Below the pieces are notes generated by a model. It saw only the letters and a program-made list of their open reading frames with translations. It made no database searches and had not been told where the DNA came from. A stretch of 64,000 nt of DNA from Octopus sinensis. Its lineage: Eukaryota. Location: contig NC_043001.1 in NCBI RefSeq assembly GCF_006345805.1, positions 35,402,001 through 35,466,000 on the forward strand. Direction: 5' to 3'. Below are positions 27,401 through 39,885 of the stretch, one piece after another; position 1 is the first letter of the stretch, and each line of letters begins with the position of its first letter. The position numbers were made by a program, and so were the translations under genes.

Positions 27401-27600
27401 ATCTGCATGTATGAACGTAGATATGTATATGTGTCTGTGTATGTATGCATGTATTTATGTATGTATAGGTGTGTATGTATGTCTCTGTGTGTCTGCATGT
27501 ATGAACGTAGATATGTATATGTGTCTGTGTATGTATGCATGTATTTATGTATGTATAGGTGTGTATGTATATCTCTGTGTGTTTGCATGTACGTACGTTT
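24455..27600. repeat. 90-bp unit minisatellite, ~35 copies
   Basis: The ACGTAGAT-containing marker recurs at 24561, 24651, 24741 and 24831 (period 90); the unit is built from TATG/TG motifs. Confidence 0.95.
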
Positions 27601-28254
27601 TCTACTTTGAAGCAGAACACGTATATCTGCATAAATAATACAGTTTGCGAACACACACAAGAATACACACGCACACACACGCAGACACACAGACACATAT
27701 ATACACACCCACAGACACACAAGCACACACACACATAGACACGGAAAGCGAGAGCGAGAACGAGAGAAAGAGAGAGAGCGGGGAAATGGGAAAGGGAGTG
27801 AAATTAAGGAGGAAAGGTATTTCGTTGCAGATAAAAAGTCAAAATTGACAATGAACTGGATACCTTTGATAAAGTTCAGCTGCAAAACTTAAATTAATTG
27901 AAAAGCTACAGCGCGCGTGCGCGTGTGCTTTCGATATAGGATATGGAGCTTACATACTGGTGTTTGCTGAATTTTCTTGAGAACAATCTTTCCTTAGTGG
28001 TTAGACCATAGGGGGGCCTACTTCTAGCATAATGGATGTCCACTTAGTGGTCATCCCTCATATCTTTTATTAAACTTTTAATACTTTTGATATATATTTA
28101 AAATAATATAAATTAAATTAATTTTATGTATTGGCTTATGTTTTTCATTGTTTGATTTACCTAATAGTGGTTTTATCTCTAATTTAATATATGTATATAT
28201 ATTATATATATATATACATACATACACGCACACGCACACACTTACACACATATA

Positions 28255-28390
28255 TAGTGGAAATTGACAGAAATACAAAAGACGAAGGCAGGTGTATGAA
28301 CAACAAGCAGGTGTATTTGTTTGACGCTCGGTAAAGTGACAATGTCTTTTGCGTTTCGAGCCTACGCTCTTCAACAGAAAGAAATACGGG
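28255..28390 (-). mobile_element. Penelope-type tail with CUGUUGA hammerhead-like fold (28346-28383)
   Basis: TCTTT-CTGTTGA-A-GAGC(GTAG)GCTC-GAAA-C-GC-A/AAAGA; U16.1 is changed to C in this copy. Confidence 0.7.
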
Positions 28391-28719
28391 AGAGAATAAA
28401 AATCTTGTGGATTTAGCAATCAAGCATAGCGACGGACATACGTATAAATATACATATATATAGATATATGTGTATGTGTGTATGAGTGTGTGTGTGTGTA
28501 TGCGTGTGTGTGCTTGTGTGCGTGCGTGTATAATGTATGATGAATTTATGGAATGAAATTCCATAGATCCTATCAATTTTGTCAAGAATGGAGGAAAGTA
28601 GCCGTTAAAATTTATAAGAAGTTTAATTCTTGCAGACGATTGTTTCGTACAGCGATATAATAATAATATAAATTCATGGTTGAATTAAATTAACAAATAA
28701 CAACGTACTCTACAGTGCA

Positions 28720-28819
28720 NNNNNNNNNNNNNNNNNNNNNNNNNNNNNNNNNNNNNNNNNNNNNNNNNNNNNNNNNNNNNNNNNNNNNNNNNNNNNNNNN
28801 NNNNNNNNNNNNNNNNNNN
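28720..28819. other. Assembly gap (100 N)
   Basis: Run of 100 N. Confidence 1.
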
Positions 28820-29064
28820 AGGGCGTAATGTCGTAGATTTTGGTGGAAGGGCATAAAGTACTTTTGATTCCTCTCTAGTAAATGAATGCATTTTATCGAC
28901 CAATCAATGCGACAAATCGATTTCATCAGGATTCAAATACAGAACAGAAAGCTGATTCATTTAACTAATCGATGGATATTCAGTCTGATTTATACCGAAT
29001 GAAGTGAATATGGATGTTTAACTCTATACATAGTGAAGTGGTAAATATATCACGAAGCAGAAGA

Positions 29065-30500
29065 ACAATATATAATATAGACAACTAAATATAATATAGA
29101 AATTAAATAAGACAACTAAATATGATATAAATATATAATATAGACAACTACATATAATATAAAAATATAAAATAGAAGACTAAATATAATATAAACAGCT
29201 ATATATAATATGGAAATATAATATAGAACAACAAATTATAATATAGAAATATAATATAGGCAACAAAATATAATATAGAAATATAGTATAGACAAGTAAA
29301 TATAACATAGAAAATAATATAGAAATATAGTATAGACAAGTAAACATAACATAGAAATATAATATAGAAATATAGTATAGACAAGTAAATATAACATAGA
29401 AATATAATATAGAAATATAGTATAGACAAGTAAATATAAAATAGAAATATAATATAGAAATATAGTATAGACAAGTAAATATAACATAGATATATAATAT
29501 AGAAATATAGTATAGACAAGTAAATTTAATATAGAAATATAAAGTTAGGCAACTAAATATGATATAGAAATATAATATGGACAACTATATATAATATAGA
29601 AATATAATATGGACAACAATATGTTATATAGAAATATAATACAGACATATAATATAGACAACTAAATATGATATAGAAATATAATATAGACAACAAAACA
29701 TAATATAGAAATATAATATAGGCAACTAAATATGATATAGAAATATAATATAGACAACGAAACATAATATAGAAATATAACATAAGCAATTAAATATGAT
29801 ATAGAAATATGATATAGACAACAAAATATAATATAGAAATATAATATAGGCAACTAAATGCGATATGGAAATATGATATAGACAACTATATATTATGTAG
29901 AAATATAATATGGACACCAAAATATAATATAGAAATATAATATAGACAACTATATATAACATAGAAATATAATATGGACAACAATATATTATATAGAAAT
30001 ATAATATAGACAACAAGATATAATACAGAAATATAATATAAGCAACTAAATATGATATAGAAATATAATATAGACAACAAAACATAATATAGAAATATAA
30101 TATAGGCAACTAAATATGATATAGAAATATAATATAGACAACAAAACATAATATAGAAATATAATATAGACAACTATATATAACATAGAAATATAATATG
30201 GACAACAATATATTATATAGAAATATAATATAGACAACAAAACATAATATAGAAATATAATATAGGCAACTAAATATGATATAGAAATATAATATAGACA
30301 ACAAAACATAATATAGAAATATAATATAGGCGACTAAATATGATATAGAAATATAATATAGACAACAAAATATAATATGATATAGGCAACTAAATGCGAT
30401 ATGGAAATATGATATAGACAACTATATATTATGTAGAAATATAATATGGACACCAAAATATAATATAGAAACATAATATAGACAACTAAATATGATATAG
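29065..30500. repeat. ~32-bp AT-rich minisatellite (TAGAAATATAATATAGACAACTAAATATGATA-like); resumes at ~30876-30893 and ~31290-31380
   Basis: Periodic TAGAAATATAATATAGACAAC motif. Confidence 0.9.
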
Positions 30501-30876
30501 ATTTGTTTATTGGCTATGCAGGGCTGAACACAGAAGGGATAAAATACAAAGTAGAGCTTTTCTTTTTAGGAAGAAGAAAAACAAAGGGCTCGAATTCCGA
30601 TCAAAAGGGATCGTGAAGAAAACAAAAGAAAAAGTGGGGACGATCAAAAGGGATCGTGTATCACAGAAATGTCAACGTAAAAAGGGAAAACAGATTAAGT
30701 TTGTCCGTAGATAGAAAAGCCTATGGAAAAGACCACGGGCACCTGTGGCAATAGTGACATGCAAAAAGAAAACGCATTACAGTAAGTGGCTCACTTTTTT
30801 TCCTTTCGTGTTTTTTCTTCTTTTTGGTTCACAGGATTATCCTCAAGCTGGCTCCGTCATTCACACGTACCATCAT
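30497..30876 (-). mobile_element. Diverged Tx1/L1-like LINE 3' end inserted in the 32-bp minisatellite
   Basis: MVRVNDGASLRIIL* and a 3' UTR homologous to 19828-20299 (GAAAAGCCTATGGAAAAGACCACGG, CACAGAAATGTCAA). Confidence 0.7.
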
Positions 30877-30893
30877 TAGACAACTATATATAA

Positions 30894-31297
30894 CTAGCAG
30901 TATCGCCCGGCGTTGCTCGGGTTTGTAAGGGAAATAACTATATAAGCATTTTTAGAGATGTAAAGTATAATAGCCATCTCAATATGGCTAACCACAAAAG
31001 GGGGTGTTACTGTAGCTTTTTACGTTCTGAGATGTAATAATACATTTTTAGAAAGTTACTTCCCTTATATATGCCAAAAATGCATTAAAATGGGAAAAAT
31101 TGATGGTAATTTTTTTTAAAATCGTAGACTCATCGTAGACGCGCGCTAATACCCAGAAGGGCTCGATATGAATCACGACTATAAGATACCCGGTTTTGGT
31201 TAAACTGCACCGCAAAATGTGGGAGTAGTTAGGAATCTAAATCGTAGGAGACAGACAGCACACAACCTTACTTTTATATAAATATATATAATATAGA
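30894..31297 (-). mobile_element. Non-autonomous Helitron
   Basis: Minus-strand 3' end CCCGAGCAACGCCGGG hairpin, 8 nt, then CTAG|T; shares both ends with 41400-41905; the 5' boundary is approximate. Confidence 0.8.
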
Positions 31298-31379
31298 AAT
31301 ATAGTATAGACAACAAGATATAAGGTAGAAATATAACATAGACAACTAAATATAATATGAAAATATAATATAGACAACT

Positions 31380-31530
31380 AACTTAGCGGTTTGGCAACAG
31401 AGACCGATAGAATAAGTACTAGGCTTACAAAGAATAAGTCCTGGAATCGATTTGTTTGGCTATATGCGGTGTTACAGCAAGGTCGCAGTCAAATGACTGA
31501 AACAAGTAAAAGAGCAAATGAGTGAAAGAG
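31380..31530 (+). mobile_element. SINE family A, 3' half
   Basis: AACTTAGCGGTTTGGC..GAATAAGTACTAGGCTTACAAAG..GACTGAAACAAGTAAAAGAG. Confidence 0.8.
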
Positions 31531-32612
31531 TTATATGCATAACTAGACGTTCTTTTTGTTGTTTATTTCGATTGTGTGTCTGTTATAGTAAGATAGTGTT
31601 CTTATGACTTTATTGTAGTAATGTTGTGAGAATGTTTACTTTCAAATTACAGGGTGGTGAATAGAAAAACTGATAGGGCATAACCCAAAGGCCTTGGCAG
31701 GAAATATACATGCCTGTTTTCTATTCTCGTTTCCGTCTCATTCTCGTCATCTTTGAGGTCCGGCGACGATACAATATACACTAGATAGGTATGAGGATCT
31801 ACAAGAATGCATTCATCTCAATTCTCTCCCCCCCTCTCTCTCTCTCTCTCTCTCACTTAAACTGCGTGACCTTGGGCTAATGTTCCAAACCAATATTCAA
31901 AAACGGTCTTTTTTTATCAATTTGTGAACGAATTAATGTACTCCTATTCCACAATCAGCTAAATATTTAGATTCAAGAAATTATTTAGTGAGTCATACGT
32001 TCTGAGTTCAAATTCTACCGAGGTCGACTTTGTCTTTCATCCTTTCAGAGTCGATAAAATAAGTACCAGTTACGCAGAGGGATAGATGTAATCGATTTAC
32101 AAAGTTCACACCTTGTGCTTATAAGAGGAAGGACAATTTAATGAATCAATGAGGTAGCCTTTTCGTGTATATTTGACCTACTATAAAAAGTCCTCTAATC
32201 TCGCTCAAATTCCTCGATGTCATCTTTAGAAAAGAAATCTTTAACTGGTGCTAGACGCACTATAAGATGTCCCAGTCGATAAAATGATTGCTTAAAATAA
32301 GGAAGACGTGAAGCTAAGTCAGCAGTCTACATATTAAGAAACACATACAGAACAGCCCTCTTGTCTCCAGTCAATATGAGAATCTCTCTCTTAGTGGCAT
32401 GTTTATTTTGGAGATTCTTGATTCGTCAGATTATCTCCCCTTCCGCTAACTCGTTGGTTTCCAGCTACCCATAAGCAATTATTCTGCCTTCTCTGGAAGC
32501 GGAGGTAATTTCAATAAAACTTATACGGTAGTTAATGTAAACTTACTCCTGTTTTTTCAACATGCCACTTCTCTCACATCATTTTGTTATATATATATAT
32601 ATATATATATAT

Positions 32613-33010
32613 ATAACAGACGATACAAGGAAAACAAGGACAGGTCATTCGGAGTTTTCTATCCTCAGTCGATTTCCAGATTATCTTTGCAATTTCGGCT
32701 GGTTATACTCGAGATACCTCCAATCTGGCCAGCCCCAAGGAAAAATAAGCTAAGAGTATTACACACTTTGGAAGAAAGCAGCGAATGTATACGGAAACAA
32801 GGACGGAAAACAAATGTTACACAAATACAATTAACAGGACATAACAACAAGTGTCTTTCGATAAAGGACGAATTAAATTAAGCTGGCGTGTGTGGAAGTA
32901 AAGCCTTACGGCAGGGACATAGGATTTGATAAGCACAAGAAGGAATGTAGATGTTGCACGGACAGTAGTCCAACCGAGAAAGAAAGGCCAGGCTTGGCCG
33001 AACACCGGTC
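32613..33010 (-). mobile_element. Unclassified interspersed repeat abutting (TA)n, probably another Penelope-type tail; partial copy at ~41990-42075
   Basis: AAACAAGGAC(A/G)G(G/A)TCATTCGGAGTTTTC..CAGTCGA..ATTATCTTTGCAAT is shared by both loci. Confidence 0.55.
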
Positions 33011-33216
33011 ACACACACACACACACACACATAAGAAATAAAGTATATACTTAGCATGTATGTACCCTCGCTCATTGTTGCTTATAAGCATGAAGGATTT
33101 ATATCGAAATTGGATTCACTTTTTTCCAGTCATCTTCTATATGCATTACATGCTTCCCACTCATGAAATAACCACCACTTATCCGTCCCTCTTTATCCCC
33201 CACACGTGTATATTCG

Positions 33217-33255
<39 letters not shown>

Positions 33256-33885
33256 GTGTGTGTATATATGTATGTGTGTATACATGTAGGTGTATATAGA
33301 TATATATATGTGTGTGTGTCATGTATTCACTTACCCGTGTGGATGTGTATATAGGTTCTAATGTAATGTTATTTTTTATTATTTATAGCACTTGTAAAAG
33401 CCTCGTTTATTTACACAGTAATTGCAAGTTAATGATGTCGTTGAGAGCTGATTAAACAATAGAATATATAAATCAAAATGAAAACTACATTTCCTCACAC
33501 ACACTGACACACAGACACACAGTCACACAGACACACACACACATAGACACATTCACATATACACACACATACAGACACACACATAAATCGATAAAAACAT
33601 TAAGCTATCAAATTATAAGTACATTTATGTCATTAATTCGTTTTATACGTATTATGTACATCTTTGAACAGTCCCCTTTTATACTGTGTGTATACATCAT
33701 ATGTATGTATAGGTATGTACGTATGTATGCATATATGTATGTATGTATATATATACATATATATATACACAAATATATATACACACACATATATATACAC
33801 ATATATATATATATATACACATATATATATACACACACACACACATATATATATATATACATATATATAGATATATACATACACA

Positions 33886-33934
<49 letters not shown>

Positions 33935-34884
33935 TATATATACAGATACGCGCGCACGATGTACGCCTTCCTTCTGAGCATATACAAATACAAACATGTT
34001 CATACGATAATATACAAATATACACGCTTCTATATGTGCGTGTGATTGCTATGTATTTCTTTAATGATTAACAGCAGCAATATAAAAGCTTCTTAGCGCT
34101 AACCAATGACATTACTAATACTATCTCTTATTCGAATCAATTACTTATGTGCGGTAATTAACGATACCTCACGATCGTTATTACGAACTTCTATTGTAGC
34201 ATTCACGTTTTAACATTAATATGGTTAACATACTTTATTTGAAGCTAATAAGTTCAATAAACATAGTATCGTTATTACACAGAAACATATCCGCACACAC
34301 ACAGCATATTGACTGTGTAGAGGTTTCCTTGATTGATAAAGTTTAAGTTGACACTCTCCGAGGAATTGATGATGAATAGCCAATCTGAGCTCAAATATTT
34401 TTCCCGGCTGTCTTTATGAAATACAATAAGTTTTTATTGTAATCTGTTTTGTTGAAGGAACGGCATACTTTATGCAATTTTTTAATGAAAGTTGGACAGC
34501 TTTCTAACCATATAATATGGCGATCGTAGTTGGATTTTTCTATCAGTGTCGTCGTTGTTCTGTAACAGTGCTTCTGATTGGCTGAGCGTACGGCTTCAAC
34601 AAAAACGTGGAAAGCTAGAAATAATAGAAAAAATGATTTTATAGATTAATATGAATCTTCCTTAGGAGATTCTCACAGTTTTGATACAAATGTATTATTG
34701 CACGATCGCAACATTGTATGACGAAAACCGAAAAATAGACATATACTAAACACATACTCTATAGCGAATATACAACAGCTCTTTAGAGTAGTAAACTTTA
34801 TCATCATCTGGTACATTTCTTATATAAATATAATGCAGAAGTGGTTGTCGTTGATGTTATTCTTATCGAATACTTTAACAAATA

Positions 34885-35114
34885 CAGTCCTATATTTAAG
34901 AGATGAAGAATTATGTACATTATTTACATTTGACGGATATTTGTCCCCATCTTGTTTGTTGTTAGCACAACGTTTCGACTCAGATACCCTCCAGCCTTCA
35001 TCAGGTGTCTTGGTGAAATGTCGAACCTGGGTTCTCATTCTTAAGGTATTTTTCGATGTTTTTATTATTATTCTTATTCTTCTTCTTCTTCTTCTTCTTC
35101 TCTTCTTCTTCTTC

Positions 35115-35184
<70 letters not shown>

Positions 35185-35511
35185 TAATTTTTATATTATT
35201 CAGGTCACTGCCTGGAATCGAACACGGAATCTTGGGGTTAGTAGCCCGCGCTCTTAAACACAGGCATATGGCGTAGTGAATAAGAGCGCGGGCTACGAAT
35301 CCCAAGATTCCGAGTTCGATTACAGGCAGTGACCTGATTAATAATAATAATAATAATAACATTGAAAAATACCTTAGGAATGAGAACCCAGGTTCGAAAT
35401 TTCCTCAAGATGCCTGATGAAGGCTGGAGGGTATATCAGCCGAAACGTTGTGTTAACAACAAACAAGATGGGGACAAATATCTGTCAAATGTAAATAATG
35501 TAAATAATGTA
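34885..35511. mobile_element. Head-to-head palindrome of a tRNA-headed element with an (AAT)n linker and hammerhead-bearing tail
   Basis: 34914-35258 is the reverse complement of 35281-35511 apart from microsatellite length. A-box-like TGGCGTAGTG and B-box GTTCGATT(C/A) lie at the centre, with hammerheads in both tails. Confidence 0.85.
35409..35454 (+). ncRNA. Minimal type I hammerhead ribozyme, canonical core (mirror copy at ~34963-35009, minus strand)
   Basis: GATGC-CTGATGA-A-GGCTG(GAGGGTATAT)CAGCC-GAAA-C-GT-T/GTGTT; the mirror copy has stem I GACAC; palindromic AACGTT stem III. Confidence 0.75.
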
Positions 35512-36930
35512 CTTCAACAAATGTTTCCCAACTAAGGCAACATTATTTTTTGGTGTATATCGAAGTACATTACATAATGTTTATATTAACTAACGAAAAG
35601 TTAACGAAGATTTGACTGCTATTTCTTACAGGTCTATTTACTCTTTAGAGGCTTTCTCGTTTAATCTGTAAATATCTTAACAGCACCTAAATTTCCTAGC
35701 TGTCACTCATCTAAATAATAACTTTTTCTGAAACTACAATGCCGTACAATCTCTAATATAGCTACCGCCGTATTACAACAGTATTGTTAGTGGTGCTGCT
35801 AGTAAACCCATTATAAATTTGAGAGAGGTTTTTTTGTCCGTTACATTATTATGTTCGTTAACTCCTCCTAGACCATTGGTGCAAAGACAACGAAATTCAA
35901 ACCAGCAACTCCCCTAACCCCAGGGAATGTCTTAAGGGGGTTTATTGCTTTAAGGGACGCCTAATTGGGGCCCCACCAACCCTCACCTAATTTTACTACT
36001 TGTTAAACTAAATACATGTCATTGGCGACCAAATCGGAGCAATGATAATAAATTTCATACCATGAACTCCCAGGGAGTACTGTAAGAAGGTGCAATTTCT
36101 GAAGGGCCGCTTAAATGAGGCCCCACTGATTAAACTATAATCAGTATCAGTCCTTAGCACATTTGCAGAAACAAGTTAATGGGACATGGGTTTTAGATAT
36201 GTGTGCGAGTGAGGTATAGGTATTGAGTGTATGGATATGGGTGTGTGATATATGTCAGGTAGGGAATTTGGAATGGGATAATTAATACCAGGAGATACGT
36301 ATACAATGAGTGTCTCCGAGTCCATTACAATACGCAAGGGTACAGGGCCGCGATGCAACCCGATAATGGGGTCGAAGGCCACAAGGGTGCCCTCCGAAGG
36401 AACTAACCTGAATGCGGCCCGAAAGTCGGCTTCAAGGTTAGTATAATAACAAAGCACCTATATGAAATTTCGGCCTTGCTCTGCAGATTAGAGCCTCTGT
36501 TAATATATCTTAAAATACGAAAATACACCAAACTAAGTGAATGTGAAAAGCAAGCTGTTTTTTTTTTATTAATTATCAATTAAATAAATAAAATTAGAAG
36601 TACTTAGTTGCATCGTCAACTGTTATCAAATGTCGTAAAACACACCGAATCCAAGGATTTGTTTTCATAGATATGTATTAATGGCGTTGAGCTAGCAGAA
36701 TCATTGAAGCGTAGGGGAAAAATCACTTCCGGCTCTTTACATCCTGGTTCAAATTCCATCTAGGTAAACAGTTTTCATCCCTTCAGGATCAATTAAACAA
36801 AGAAAGAGATAGGTACAGCAGTTGATCTAACTAGCTACCCACCTCCCTTGAAATTTGTTGACTGGGTTTCAATAAGAAACTATTGATATACGTGTTAACC
36901 AACGGACAGTTACCAACACACATGCATAAC

Positions 36931-37342
36931 TTATTTCTTACTACCCACAAGGGGCTAAACACAGAGGGGACAAAAAAAGGACAAACAAACGGATTAAGTC
37001 GATTATATCGACCCCACTGCGTAACTGGTACTTAATTTATAGACCCCGAAAGGATGAAAGACAAAGTCGACCTTGGCGGAATTTGAACTCAGAACGTAGC
37101 GGCAGATGAAATACTTATTTCTTACTACCCACAAGGGGCTAAACACAGAGGGGACAAAAAAAAGGACAAACAAACGGATTAAGTCGATTATATCGATCCC
37201 ACTGCGTAACTGGTACTTAATTTATCGACCCCGAAAGGATGAAAGGCAAAGTCGGCCTCGGCGGAATTTGAACTCAGAACGTAACGGCAAACGAAATACG
37301 GCTACGCATTTCGCCCAGCATGCTAACGTTTCTGCCAGCTCG
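36931..37342 (-). mobile_element. Tandem dimer of SINE family B (units 37115-37342 and 36931-37114)
   Basis: Two consecutive core-plus-tail units; ATGCATAA direct repeat at 36922-36929 and 37343-37350. Confidence 0.9.
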
Positions 37343-38259
37343 ATGCATAATTAAAGCTTACAATTTACAGCATCAATTTTTTATTTTATAATTAGTTTTG
37401 CTTTCTTCATGCTTGATTTTAAATAATGGTAAACTCTCCGTTAAATACCATGATTGACGCACTCCCTAACTGGCGCTGCTCACAAACGTAACAGAAATTT
37501 TCTCACGAGACTTTACTGAACAAATCAGCTTCTGGCTGGTGTATGTTTCCTATTTCACGTAGTCTCTTGAGTGTTAATGCTCGCATGTAAATCTTTTAAC
37601 GATGCTGTGCGTGTGTTAAGGAAGCAGTAGACTTTGATCAGATGATTTAACGTTTATTTTTAATATCATATAAAAAAAAATACGAGATCTTATGCCTATG
37701 TAACACAGCAATATCTAAGATAATAATTAAATATATTTTCCAACTATACACAAGGATGTATGCAAGTGAATCTGAAAGTAGTATATAGAGCATTGAAGCA
37801 TTTTCCGCTCACAAACTTAAATATAATTCGTATGCAAATAATTATGCGTATATCCATATAATTATGAAATATATATCATTATATGTCGTTCATCTAGATG
37901 TGTGTATATTTGCATGAGAAAATATGCTGCATTGTGTTCATGTCGGCGAGCGTTTTACATGAATAAGAGAATGATGTCTAAATCTTCTAGTTTGAAATGT
38001 GTAAAAGTCTATGGTTGTTTATGTAAATATGAGAGTAAAACTATGAGTGCATGTGACATTTTATTTATGCGTGTCTGCCTGAATTCGTCGTATGATTATT
38101 TTTCAATACCCTGATTAAGGAAAATATTGAAAATTCTAGAAATAAAAGAGTATTTAAAAAAGAGAAAACAAATAGCAAAATATTGAATTCTAATTCACAT
38201 TAACTTATAACTGTTCCAACGAAAATATCGTAATTATATTTGACTATTTGTGTCACAAA

Positions 38260-38295
<36 letters not shown>

Positions 38296-38868
38296 TGTAT
38301 GTATGTATGTATATGTATGTATGTATGTATGTATATATATATATATACATGTACATATACACACACACTAGTATATATATATGCATATATCTATATATTT
38401 ATATATCTATATCTATCTCTCTATCTCTATATATACATATATATGTATGTACGTATGTTTGTATATATCTATCTATGCATGTATGTATATAAATTGATAG
38501 ATAGATAGGTACACATATATATGAATATATGTATAAATCTGCGCACACATACAGACTCACACACACAAACACACACACGAAACATTCATGCATAAATACA
38601 TATATAGACACATACATACGCACGTCTATTCCTCCATCCTTACGTCCATACATGCATCCAAACTTACATCCACACACACACACATACGCGCACACATACC
38701 ATACAAACACGGACACATTCTTACATTCAGCCATGTTATTTCTTGAGTAATTTGCCGCTTATGTTAGAATACTCTTAATTATATTTTACTGTATACTTGT
38801 TATTGTTATTTGTTTTCTCCTTTCTATAAATTAGATCCATTTACAAGGCTATATATTTCACTTCCCAG

Positions 38869-38916
<48 letters not shown>

Positions 38917-39003
38917 GTTATTATTATTATGATTTTCTTTTTTTCTTTTTGCTTATTTCATTCTTCTTTTCACTTATTTTCACAGAGATTTTGTGAGTCT
39001 TTC

Positions 39004-39051
<48 letters not shown>

Positions 39052-39067
39052 CTATACACACACACTA

Positions 39068-39126
<59 letters not shown>

Positions 39127-39216
39127 TATATCTATATCTATCTGTCTATCTCTCTATATACATATATATGTATGTACGTATGTATATATCTATTATTATT
39201 ATTATTATTATTATTA

Positions 39217-39255
<39 letters not shown>

Positions 39256-39840
39256 TATTATTTTCTTTTTTTTTCTTTTTGCTTATTTCATTCTTCTTTT
39301 CTCTTATTTTCACAGAGATTTTGTGAGTCTTTCTTAATAGATTGACTACTAATGCTTGTATCTGCACAAAACTATTTATCTTGTCTTTATTTATTGGAAG
39401 GTGAGCGGCAGGGAGGGAGCGGCGTTGTATTTCTTCGTCTTCTTTTGGTTTTTATTATAGTAAACTAAAATAAAACAAAAATGAAAATAAACTAGGAAAT
39501 TATTAAAGTATAAACAAAATACACCATAATTATTATTACTGCTGTTATTAATATCATTTTAAATTTTGTATCCTATTTCTTTTATTTCTTTTTTATTTGA
39601 TAAAGAAACTATTGTTGTTTTCTTTTTAATCATTTTGTATTTATATCATAATTTATATTAATATCATTGTCCACGTTATCAACACCATCACGACACACCA
39701 ACGCAATCAAGATAATCTTCACCTTCGTGATCATAAGCAAAGACACCTCCACTAATGCTACTACCGCCGCGACCATCACCACCACCACTATCATCATCAT
39801 CATCGTCGTCGGCATCATCGTAGTCATCGTCGTCGTCATC

Positions 39841-39885
<45 letters not shown>

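Noticed and set aside
28820-28903. ORFs spanning the N run
   Set aside because: They are artefacts of translating through the assembly gap.
31653-31788. Exon-like segment with good AG and GT signals
   Set aside because: It has stop codons in all three frames and there is no independent evidence; at most a non-coding exon.
32634-32672. Hammerhead-like CUGAGGA/CUGAAGA..GAAU..GUC on the minus strand (also at ~42006-42042)
   Set aside because: GAAA is GAAU in both copies, stem II is imperfect and no stem I pairing is evident; too degenerate to call.
35916-35955. Resemblance to the T7 phage terminator (TAACCCC..GTCTTAAGGGG..TTGCT)
   Set aside because: The match is short and gapped, there is no adjacent phage or vector sequence, and it is flanked by ordinary genomic DNA; likely coincidence.
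36176-36457. 93-aa minus-strand ORF with ADFRAAFRLVP, recalling a DIRS RT motif
   Set aside because: The downstream RT motifs (LPFG, YxDD) are absent; a single short motif is insufficient.
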